A DNA stretch of 64,000 nucleotides from Bugula neritina. Its lineage: Eukaryota; Animalia; Bryozoa. The DNA is taken from NCBI GenBank assembly GCA_964035545.1, contig OZ037766.1, positions 16,854,722-16,918,721 on the forward strand, in the 5' to 3' direction. The notes below the pieces were generated by a model, which was not told the DNA's origin, did not search any database, and worked only from the letters and a program-made list of their open reading frames with translations. Position 1 is the stretch's first letter, and the number at the start of each line of letters is the position of its first letter. Of the stretch, positions 1 to 10,529 are shown one piece after another. Made by a program: the position numbers and the translations under genes.

Positions 1-3000
1 ACTATTATATCCATAATCCACTGCATCAAACAGAAATTATACATCATATTACGTATATTCAGTAGTCACCTGTATGCAGTAGTTACACTACACCAATTAC
101 TACATCAAATCTGAACAGAAAATACCGCTCTTCGAACAATGAGCGGGAACTCAGCAATCAAAGAGTCTTACTACTATCTGTTTAACAAGGATTCCACAAC
201 ATGTACACATAAAATGAATTTGGTTGGGTATACAACTCTTATGTTGTGTTTGTGTTGCAGTCAAAATATTTCTGCAGATTTTAGTAAGACATAGGTATAT
301 GTAACTAGTAAAGTTGCGTTTATACTTTCATGATTTTCAGTCAGAAATTCAATTTGGCTGAGTTGAAATTTCACCGATTTGTGTTGCATTGTAAAAGCCA
401 CTAATCAAAATTTTTGGCTTGTGATAACGTAACCTGCCGATTTGAGAATAACAATCAATGGGAATGATAACTCCTTGTAGATAGGCCTATCGGTATTCAT
501 GTTTATAATTATATTGGCTGCCTTTCTAAATTATCACTTTTATGCTGACAACTCAACTAATTCATTACGTTTTCAAAGAGCATCAAATAGTGATTAGGCG
601 AGTTATATTTGAATATTAGAAAGTAAGCTTCGACATTAATATGACTTTAGTAAAACTATAGAGGAGTACAAGTGATATTAACTGAAACTCGGAACTTTTC
701 AGTAAAGGTGTAAACGTAACTTTAGCCTTGCTTTGGGTTTATGTCTTGCAGAAAGTCATAATAAAAAGAAGTTAAAAAAAGATGCGTATATTCAAAATTG
801 ACTGCATAAGCTGAGTTTTTACAATTGGTGCCAGTCTACCAATAGACAGTGAAAAAACATACGTGATCCCACCAGCATTCGGCAAAGTTCGGCACTTGGT
901 GCTCCAGTGTGTACTCCATCACCTCAAACAGAATACTGAGTGTGTGACACAGCCAATAGTCTCTCAGCATAAGAGTCTTGATCCACCAGCCAAAGAAATG
1001 AGTCGGCACAAACAAATCAAACTTTTCCTACCAATCACAGCAGTCGTTACAGAGAATAAATGCATATTTACAGTTGGAACTTTTATTGCTGATTTGGAGC
1101 TGCTCTCGTATTTTATATAAATATTTATAACATTATTTTACCAATTTGCTATTCATTGATATAAACCGAAATTCCATAGCTTTATCTATGAAGTCATCAA
1201 TACAATCTCCAGAATATGACAAGTAAGTAATTCTTGAAACACTCATAACTTTAATACTCAATTAGCTTTACAGCATCTAGATAAGATAAATACAAAAGAG
1301 CAGGCAGCTCATCCGATCTTTAGTATGGCACCCGGTCACATTGCAATATGGACATCTTGATACACATGCAAGGTGAAGCATATTTTCTGGCTAATATTTC
1401 TGTACTTATTAACTCTGATACTAAATATAACATAGATATTATAATATAAAATATAATTGAAAATATTAATTTATTTGAACTACTAAATGTACATAACTTA
1501 TTCACATTACATCCAAATAATCAAAAAAGAATCTTGTATATTGAAATTTCCTAAACTTGCAAGTTGATATCTTACTGAACTAGCCAGCCATTGAGATATC
1601 TTACTGGACTAGCCAGCCATTGAGATATCTTACTGGACTAGCTAGCCATTGAGGTATCTTACTGGACTAGCCAGCCATTGAGATATCTTACTGAAACACA
1701 ACCTTTAATCAATCCTTCATAAAAAGAATGGTAATAGTAATAGTACTTTTCTCATGTTAATTATTTTTAACAGCACTATTATCATAGAAAAATACTTAGT
1801 ACCAACAAGAGAAATAAATAAAATACCGACATATAACATTACTGGTTAAGCAGAAGTATAAGTTACCTACTTATAGTCAGCCAAATACTTACTATAACGT
1901 TGTGCCACGGGTCAGCGGGATTGGCGGCATCATATATCACACAGTTATTGGCATAACTTCTCTCGGGCAGGGGAACACCTAACTTTGGGTCAAATACCTT
2001 CATTAGTGTTCTTGAGTAATCCACAGTCTAGAAAAAGGAAGCTTTATATAGGCTACTATTTAATCTAAACTAGTCAATATAATATACACTATTGCATCTG
2101 ATGTTAGTCTGAGTCATATCAAAATAACACATTTCACGTCTCCCTATCGTTTATACAAGAGGTAACTTCCCCAATAATGGCGCCCGTTACTTACTCAACA
2201 TTTGAAATTGAAACAAGAATAATTTTATGCCATAGATTTCCAATAGTATTTCAGCCAAAAATGGGGTCTAAACCTATGACATGCTATGAAAAGGAAATCA
2301 GTGAGCTATGAAGGGAGGACTGCATTAATACAACAGGCGTCCAATCATATTAGAGCAATACTTTCCTGGCTAACACATTGTAGCCAAAAGAAGGTTTAAT
2401 TTTAGATGTTTCTTCATAGAAACTTTGAAACTGGGTAACATTTTATATCTCTTGTTTAGCTCCTTGTGCTGCATTTATTTTTAATATAGCCTCAGTTGTT
2501 CTTAGTATAGCCCCAGTTATTTTTAGTATAGCCTCAGTTATTCTTAGTATAGCCTCAGTCAACTTTACTAACTGGTCATTATACTCAGTTATTACTGCAG
2601 GATTAGGTGTTCACGCCTCTAAAATGTATTTTATCTTTTCTATTCTAGTCAAAATTTTTATATAATCTGCAGAAACAGTTTCCAAATTTAAACTACAACA
2701 GCTATATACACTTGTTTGCGAACAGAGCAGTATGTTTATTGTCTAAACAATAAACATACAGTAACAGTAATGGTAAAGGTTTTGCATCTCCTAACTTTTG
2801 TAGTCAACATTTTACAGTCCCTAACACCTATGACTCAAGAGTTGGACATCCTAGGACTTGTGTTACTCTTGTATTATTTCACTATTGCTTAGTACTACTG
2901 CATAAAGCATATATGAAAGCTTTATGTAACAACTTAAAATCTGCAGCCTTTTAATTCCAAATTTAAAAGTTCAGCACTTAATTTTATAGCAAAGGAAACT

Positions 3001-6000
3001 CTTAGCCTCCATTCTATCACCATGAAGTCTGAACTGCCACACACCACACAATTGGTACATTTTAATTATAATTAATTACAACTGTTATTGTAATTCCAGC
3101 TAGATCTAACACACAGGTAGCTCTAAAAGTGCATCAACATTGATGTTTTGGTCAAGGTGTGGCCACATGAAGTAAATTTTCTCACTGAAAACCTCACACA
3201 GAGGGCAACATAGGGGGCTGTTTGTGCAGATTTCATGTGGTCAAAATGCTGAAAAGTATATCTTCTTTTTTTGAAAACTCTCAGTTTTATTTTAAGTTAC
3301 TCGCACACTATAGCGACTACTGAGGAAAATTTCAAAATGAAACAACTTGCAACACCGCAGTAATGGCAATGTATCACGGTGGCAAATAACTCTTTCAGCA
3401 GATTATTCATAAACTTAATTTGAGATTTTGGTTGGCCTGGCCTTTGCAAGTAACGGAGTTCAGAAAGTAGAAACCTTAATTAGTAGAGTGAATTGATACC
3501 TGAAACAACAGGAAGATCAGCGCTAGTTCATATACAATGCCCAGACACAGTACCAACCTCCAGAAAGCTAAAAATAAACAGTATGTCACATTATTATAGT
3601 TTTCTGCTATGCAGCAGTGTGATGAGATTACAAGAACTATAGGAGAGACAACTCCAAGACCTTATGGCACCAGGAGTTGATATCTTACACTGTTACATAA
3701 ATTTATTGTTTGTTTATTTATCATGTAATATAGTCATGTTTCACATACACAGGGGATGTCTAGTTTTCACCAATTATTAAACACATATTTAATAACAGTC
3801 TAGATAGTTATTTAAATATTGTTCAATACTAAATAAATATTCAAAACTACAGCTAAAATCCATTTTTACTGGAACTGCTAAATAATATGGTGAGTTCTAC
3901 AAATAATGACTTGCGTTAAAGAGTTGTAACTCAATTCAACTCAGTCCAGGTTTTGCTGGACAATACTAAAGTTTCGTTTATACCTCTGCTGAAAAAAAAC
4001 AAGTTTTAGTCAATAACACTCGTCTGGTACCCATTTAAAGTCATATTATTAATGTGGAAGCTCACTTTTTCATATTCAAATATAACTAGCCTAATCACTA
4101 TTTGATGCCCTTTGAAAACATAATGAATTAGTTGAGTTGACTGCATAAAAGTGATAATTTAGAAGGGCAGCCAATATAATTATAAACATGGATACCGATA
4201 GGCCTATCTACAAGGAGTTATCATTCCCATTGATTGTTATTCTCAAATTGGCGAATTAAGTTATCCCAGATCGAAAATTTGATGAGGGGCCTTTACAATG
4301 AACTCGGTGAAATTTCAACTAGGCCAAATTGAATTTCCAACTGAAAATTGTGAAGGTATAAACGCAACTTTAGACTTTTCTATCATGTCGGTAACTTGAC
4401 TGTTGAACTTTGATCCGTTTTGAATGTTAAAGTAGAAGCTAAACACTAGTAGTCCAGAATTGTTCACATAACTAGTTACCCAGCTGTAACGCCTGCATAT
4501 TCATGATGATAGCGAGGTACTTACCAGGATGAGGTCTACAGAATGGGCCGTCTGGCACTTGCGTTACTCCAACAAGCAGGAAGGCTAGCACACAGGCTAT
4601 CAATCCTCTGAAATAGTGGAATAATCATAGAATACGGAATGCATGTATATACTAGAGTATGTTGGGAAGACTATATTGAGAGTGTCTGTGCTACAATCAT
4701 TTCAAAACTATTCTAGCTCTAGTGAAGGAAATAATACCAATCCAGAAGAGGGTAAACTTAGTAGTAAACTCAACAGAAAGGTGGCTTCAAATTGTCAATA
4801 AAATGTAATAGCTCTCAAATCTAGAAAATCAAGCCCTAATACACTACACTTGCAATGTTGTAGCATCCTTCATATCTTATAGACCTTTCCCATGCATTGT
4901 GAATACTATATAATAGTATCTGAAGGATGAAAAGCTTAGGCCATGCAGTGAAGTCATGTTATGAGATATGAAGAGTTATTGAGTTGAAGGTGATAACGAA
5001 ACTTACACTGCATGTGCTGAGTATATACAGCAAGCAGTTTAAAATAATGTTTGGGGTTTGATATAGGAAATATGAATAGAGTGAAAAAAGCAATTTACAA
5101 TATTTAAACTTGGTCTAGACAATGTTGACCATTATTTTTTACCTACAAAATTAATAAACATATCACTCAAATTTTATTTTCAACATTTCCATTAGCCAAA
5201 CTTTTCAAGAAGTTAAATACATAAAGATAGAGATAGATTACTTTTAATGGGGAAGAGGGACTTGCACTATAGTACCAGATTGATTAAAAGAAATGTAGAC
5301 TAATTTAGATTACACAGCAAGCTAAAACATATTAGAATTTATCACTGAGATTGACAACTATAAATAAATTACTCCTCCATACCGTTTAAAGTTGTAATCA
5401 TTGTCGTGAGAATAAGGATCCTCAAATATAGCTACGTACACCATTATTGCAACAAAAACAACTAGAGTGAGTACTGTGTGTGCACGCCTGTAACATAACC
5501 AAAAAAAAATAATGTGTCAATATTGCAAATATAGATTAATCAAAAACAAAACATAAGTATATATAATGATCATGTATACAAAGTACAACACAAGGAATTA
5601 CTAAACACAATGTTGATAGTAGTGCTCAATAGTCTGGCATTTTTAGTCCTTAAAAATAAGAAATTTAGTTATAAAAAATTTTAGTGACCTTTTAAGTAAG
5701 TTCCTACTACGACACTGTCACAAGACATAACATTTGATCAAAAATAACTGATAGCATTTATAATAGCATAAATCATCAATATAACTGAAACATGCATCTA
5801 ATTTTTTCATGACTTATTTCCGTCCTGCACTTTTGAGTTCAACATGCTGTGGTGAGTATAAAGGCAGAGCAGTGTAAAACCACAAGGTATTATTCCACAT
5901 TGTGTTATAATATGTGGCACTGTTTTACCAATTATAGTTTATAACTGTATTTTTAGTTTCGACAAGTAGTAATTCGTAACCCCAGTTTAGTACTGTATCT

Positions 6001-7021
6001 ACACTGCACAACACTGTTTATGATAAAGGACCAATCACATTAGTTGAGTTAATGTTCAAACACACTACCTAAATTCTGCTCAGATCAATGTTCTATTATA
6101 AAGTTATTGGGGGAATAACTCTATTTCATAAGCTCAATACTGCTTTATCCAATAGAAAGACACCATTCCACATGCAGCAAAGCACAAACAAAATTGCTTT
6201 CCTAAACCATGAGAAATTCATTTGATCCTTAAGGGTGGTAAGTGAAAGGTTCTGGGGACAGACTCTGCTTGCACTGTTGTGCCCAATACAAGATTCAACA
6301 TTGTACACAATAAACAGTTTCTAGTGGACTCAGCCTGAGACTAGTACGATACTCTCTAACTAACAAGATCAATCTTCCAAAAATATTAAGTGAGCGAAAA
6401 ATGAGTTTATGTCAACCTTTTGTCTTACGATGGCAATCAAAGCTTTATAAAAGAACAAGATTCCATACAGTAGAACTCTACAATTGATAAAGTTAATGAT
6501 CTATTTATCACTCTACTTGTTCAAAGATGCTCCATGTTAAAAAAAAATTAAAAAAAGATTTAAAGAGTTGAATGGTATACAAGCATAATCAAACAAATTC
6601 CTACTAAGCTACATCAACTCACAGCTTTCCAAGACCGGAACTACTTTCATAAACTACTCTGGAACAGTTGGATTAAAAAACTGCTAACAATTCTGTTGAC
6701 CAACTACAAATTTTAATTCCTATAATCAATAATAATAATACTGAATTTAGTGGCATCGCTGGGTGAGCATGTAGCACAGAAATGGATGACCTGCAACACA
6801 AAATTATATACTAACCAAAAGAACGTCATCGTTCCATCGTCATAAACAGGGTGTAATCTCCGAAGCTGCTTTTGATTTTGCCATTCCTTATCCCAGTCAT
6901 GAGCTGTAACGGGTAGTTTGGCCAAAACTTTACGAGGGGAAGTTCCACTTATATTGCTCCAATCAGAGTCGAGGTTAGATTCTCTTCCCTCTTGCAACTC
7001 AGACATGTCACTATCCGCCAT
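1..7021 (-). CDS. PTDSS2: Phosphatidylserine synthase 2 (7 coding exons visible; 3' end beyond the window)
   Basis: Exons 7021-6816, 5487-5383, 4607-4525, 3567-3500, 2027-1893, 1027-863 and 20-1, all GT-AG and in phase. Spliced peptide ...[16 protein letters not shown]...[32 protein letters not shown]...[17 protein letters not shown]...[12 protein letters not shown]...[18 protein letters not shown] closely follows recalled PTDSS2 motifs (YDDGTNTFFWRAHT, DGPFSRPHPA, ECWWDHW). Confidence 0.95.
309..649. repeat. Dispersed ~340 bp repeat, copy 1 (inverted relative to 4036-4372)
   Basis: Reverse complement of 4036-4372, including an identical core TTTGAGAATAACAATCAATGGGAATGATAACTCCTTGTAGATAGGCCTATCGGTAT. 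Confidence 0.9.
1566..1695. repeat. 29-bp minisatellite, about 4.5 copies
   Basis: Unit GATATCTTACTGGACTAGCCAGCCATTGA starts at 1566, 1595, 1624, 1653 and 1682, with no spacers. Confidence 0.95.
2485..2559. repeat. 21-bp minisatellite, about 3.5 copies
   Basis: Unit TATAGCCTCAGTTATTCTTAG with point variants. Confidence 0.9.
4036..4372. repeat. Dispersed ~340 bp repeat, copy 2 (inverted relative to 309-649)
   Basis: Reverse complement of 309-649; lies in the PTDSS2 intron between exons 4607-4525 and 3567-3500. Confidence 0.9.
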
Positions 7022-7699
7022 ACTGTTCTACTCTAATTGCTTGCACAAGTAATATCTGGTCGAAATAAGATAAAGGGTTATTAAAAATTCAACAACATAT
7101 TAAAGTTGAGCATAAAAATAGGATTACATTGAGTATTCCTATACAATTTTTATATATGTAACAATTAAAATCTAGAAAATAATAGAACTTTTCAGATTGC
7201 TGTGCAGTGATAACATAGTATGTATTTGAAAAGAAAAATTCATCATTCATGTCATCTATTTATATATAAATACAGAAAAACAGTTTAAACAAATTAAAAT
7301 TTGTATTTTTCAGTTCAACCAAAGTAATAGTCATCATATTAATGCCACCTTAAACAACTCAGATAGTCAAACTACTTCACATTTTAGTAGCTAGTTGAAG
7401 GGTTTTTTAGCATATGCTAGCGAGGCCATTACAATAATCTACTATCAGTTGTTACCATAATTCAAATACGAACAATTTTTTTCCAATTTCATACTATAGT
7501 TGAATAAAAATAAAATATTTGAAACTTTAACAAAATAATACTTTGTATTCAGACCTAGGAAAACACCACTGTGGGCCCATTGTAACCTCACTAAAAATAA
7601 AGTATTTTAATTGTAAGTGATTATACTAACATCTTGCTAACAAAATAATATGCTGTTGAAATTTTCCATAGAAGCAACTGCCATTATTATGATGATTAT

Positions 7700-8750
7700 C
7701 ATTATGCTGCTGCTACTCATAGTCATACTGGTACTAATAGTAATAATATGTCAATTAGCATTGGTATTACTATTAGTATTAGTATTTTAATATTAATAGC
7801 AATACAATGATTAAATTTTTTTATCCTACTCTTGGTCCAAGAGTCTTGGGCTTAGCAACAAATTACTGGTAGTGATACTCATGATCGCAGTGTCAGTGAT
7901 AGTCATACTCACACTGAGACAGTGAGAGTGATGTATGATTATAATTATAATTATCACATTAAAGACTATTACTATTAGTAAGTATTAGTATTATTATTAG
8001 TATAACTATAACTATTAGTATTACTTATTAGTAATAGTACTGCTATCACTATTACTAATTACAGTATGAGCATTACTGCGACTACTAGTATAAGTAATAG
8101 TATTAATACTATTAGTATTAGTATTGCATTTAGTTTTACTATTAGTATTACTATTACTGTATTAGATAGTTACTGTTAGTATTACTATTACTGTTACTAT
8201 TAGTAATACTGTATTAATAATTACTATCACTATTGCTATTACTATTAGTATTATAATTATTGCTATTGGTATTAGTATTACTATTACTATGATTATAAGT
8301 ATTAGTAGCATTACTGTTATTACTATTACTAGTAAAAGTATTAGTATTAATAATATTGTTATTAGCAGTTAATATTACTATTACTATTATTAATATTATT
8401 ACTAGTAAATACTACTACTAGTACTAGTACTACTACTACTGGATTAGGATTGTCTGTTCACTTTTGTCTTTGAAATTGATGTAAGCTGTAGAACTAGCTA
8501 AAATTTAAAATTAAAAATTTAGATAAAAGTATGTAAGCATAAAATTAACTGTATAACCCACTATAAGTATAACTAAAAGTAAAAGACTAACTCTAACAGT
8601 AACGCTAGTCTAAGTCAAAGCCAACTAAAACTTAAACTCAAACCAAAACTCAAGCGACAAATGAAAAATCACAAGAAAATTAAAATGGAAATAAAAGTAT
8701 CCAGTCATTGTGATTGACAATAAATCATAGTGATAGTCATACTCATAGTA
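7700..8750. repeat. Degenerate hexamer-periodic low-complexity domain (AGTATT/ACTATT/AGTCAT/AACTCA-type units)
   Basis: Long runs of tagtat/tactat, agtcat/agtgat and aactca/aactta units. Confidence 0.8.
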
Positions 8751-8820
8751 AAATTTGGCATATTGTAAAAATAAAGCAGCGAACCCTAGAGCCTAGACTA
8801 AAATTATGTTGGTTTTTTAC

Positions 8821-8890
8821 CAGAAAGAATGAAGCTCTCGCTCTTTCAAATTTCAAGTCCACGACTTCAATTTGTTACTAACTGACGCGT
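8821..8890 (-). promoter_or_regulatory. Candidate non-coding first exon / TSS region of PTDSS2
   Basis: The ATG exon is preceded by a polypyrimidine tract and AG acceptor (exon starts 7055), so an upstream exon is expected. Candidate donor CTG|GTAAAA at 8821/8820 in a CpG-containing patch with TGACG at 8883. Inference only. Confidence 0.35.
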
Positions 8891-9226
8891 TATTGATGTT
8901 ATCTCGGTATTCTATCATCGTACCATGACTGATGCACAAAAGCTTAAAGAGGTCGTTGTAAAGTTAGCTAACCCACTTCAGTACTTTTTTCATCATATCA
9001 AAGTTTTGGAAAGCCTCTCAAAGCAGCACCAAGTTAATGGGTAGTGAGCGTAGTAATTTGAGATCTGGAGTTATAAGTTGAAGGTTCAGGTATGCAACTT
9101 ACATAGATTCTCAACTTTAGTATAATATTATTATTCGAATGCTCAACTTACTGCATTCAGTGATCACTTACTTGGTGTTGCTCCTAGCAACTTTCCAAGT
9201 TTTAACCAGAGTGTTCAGTAGTGTAT

Positions 9227-9531
9227 TGTGGTGGTTCGTGGAACTACCAGCAGCACAACATGTAGGGTCGCGTAATTGACCCGGAACAATGGATAGCCAA
9301 TTAGCATAATTGATAGTTAGCAGCAATTGTAGTTTCCCGCTGCTAACTCAGTCGAAGCTAGAGTGTGAAATAGATTAGATGTGTAACTTGTTAGAAATAA
9401 TGTATCGTGTTTTTATGATGTATAGTTGTGAATAAAATATACTCGTTTACTCGACTTAGCCTGGTGCAGTTCTATACTAGATAAATAGACTCTCTGGATA
9501 GCATATCAACCCTAAACTGAAAATTATAACA
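9227..9531 (+). repeat. 5' LTR (305 bp)
   Basis: Identical to 13693-13997 except one base (GTAATTGAC vs GTAATGGAC); AATAAA at 9431. Confidence 0.98.
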
Positions 9532-9532
9532 G

Positions 9533-9550
9533 TGGTGGCAGCGGTGGGAT
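9533..9550 (+). promoter_or_regulatory. Primer binding site complementary to the tRNA-Leu 3' end
   Basis: TGGTGGCAGCGGTGGGAT is the reverse complement of ATCCCACCGCTGCCACCA, the recalled 3' 18 nt of animal tRNA-Leu(AAG-type). It starts after a 1-nt spacer following the LTR. Confidence 0.9.
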
Positions 9551-9562
9551 AGTGCATCCAAG

Positions 9563-10516
9563 ATGGAGACTGACAATGCTGAAATTCAACCACCGGCAAT
9601 CGAAGGTGAGCGTAGAGACAATGCTGTAGAGACAATGCCTGTTAACCATGTAGTAGAAGAGCGAAGGGTTCCGCGAGAACTAGCTGAAGACCGCTACAGG
9701 TTAAAGGCGCCCACCTTCACGGGTGAAGAGGAGGTGGAACAATTTATTCAAGAGTTTAGCGACGTAATGGACGTCGCTCAGTGGCCCCCTAGGGTGGCCC
9801 TGCTGAAGCTTAGAATGGCATTGATGGACAAAGCCAAGCCCTATGGGCTGGGCGTAGACATTGATAATATCTTTGCTTCTCTGCGGGCCCGCTTTGGCCT
9901 CTCGGCTACAGATGCCAGGGCCCGATTACAGAGGTTGCGGCGTGATCCCCGCACCCCGCTGCGGGAGCATGCCGCCGCGGTCATGAAGCTGGCACAGATC
10001 GCGTACAGCGACTTGCCCCCAGTCAACCGCGAGAGGTACACCCTCGACGCTTTCATAGCATCTGTCGACGATCTGGGTCTCCACCACCAGTTTCTAGCTA
10101 GGGGAGTCACCACCGTTGAAGATGCTCTGACTGAGGGGGAAGCTTACCTCCTAGCTAACCAAATGCATAAAAGTCGCGGAAGCTCCCGCCAAGTGGAGAT
10201 AGACCGCGCAGACACGGCCGCGGGACAAGGGGAGGAAACCCCCGCCGCGGCTGCCGTGTCCCAGTTGGCGACGGCATCAAAAGTCACTCAACTGACGGAC
10301 ATGCTAGCCAAGCTGATAGCAACACTGACACCACAAGACCCAGTGAGTACCGCCCCTGAGCCCATGCGGCCATCGGCGCCGCCACAGGGAGAAACAGTCA
10401 GTTTTTGCTGGGAGTGCGGAAATCAAGGACACTTCCGCCGATATTGTCCCTTCCTAAATCAGGGGTTAAACTACCGCGGCCCGCAGATGTTCCCACCTTC
10501 CGCGGGCCGACGATGA
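9563..10516 (+). CDS. gag: Gag (capsid-like region plus CCHC zinc knuckle), 317 aa
   Basis: Intact ORF right after the PBS; KAPTFTGEEEVEQFIQEF capsid-like start; CWECGNQGHFRRYC fits CX2CX4HX4C. Confidence 0.93.
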   Translation: METDNAEIQPPAIEGERRDNAVETMPVNHVVEERRVPRELAEDRYRLKAPTFTGEEEVEQFIQEFSDVMDVAQWPPRVALLKLRMALMDKAKPYGLGVDIDNIFASLRARFGLSATDARARLQRLRRDPRTPLREHAAAVMKLAQIAYSDLPPVNRERYTLDAFIASVDDLGLHHQFLARGVTTVEDALTEGEAYLLANQMHKSRGSSRQVEIDRADTAAGQGEETPAAAAVSQLATASKVTQLTDMLAKLIATLTPQDPVSTAPEPMRPSAPPQGETVSFCWECGNQGHFRRYCPFLNQGLNYRGPQMFPPSAGRR

Positions 10517-10529
10517 AACCTCTAGGGAA
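10465..10529 (+). promoter_or_regulatory. Putative -1 programmed ribosomal frameshift cassette
   Basis: G_TTA_AAC heptamer (10465-10471) in the gag frame, 5-nt spacer, 8-bp GC stem CGGCCCGC (10477-84) / GCGGGCCG (10502-09); loop TTCCC can pair with GGGAA (10525-29). Confidence 0.75.

Noticed and set aside
863-1120. 85-aa plus-strand ORF
   Set aside because: Antisense shadow of a PTDSS2 coding exon.
1566-1695. 29-bp repeats as a CRISPR array
   Set aside because: Units abut with no unique spacers, there are no cas genes, and the context is a eukaryotic intron.
3491-3499. PTDSS2 donor GTATCAAT as a U12 site
   Set aside because: Lacks the CCTT of the U12 consensus; the acceptor has an ordinary pyrimidine tract.
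6126-6308. 60-aa ORF in a PTDSS2 intron
   Set aside because: No recognisable homology; flanking exons already join in frame without it.
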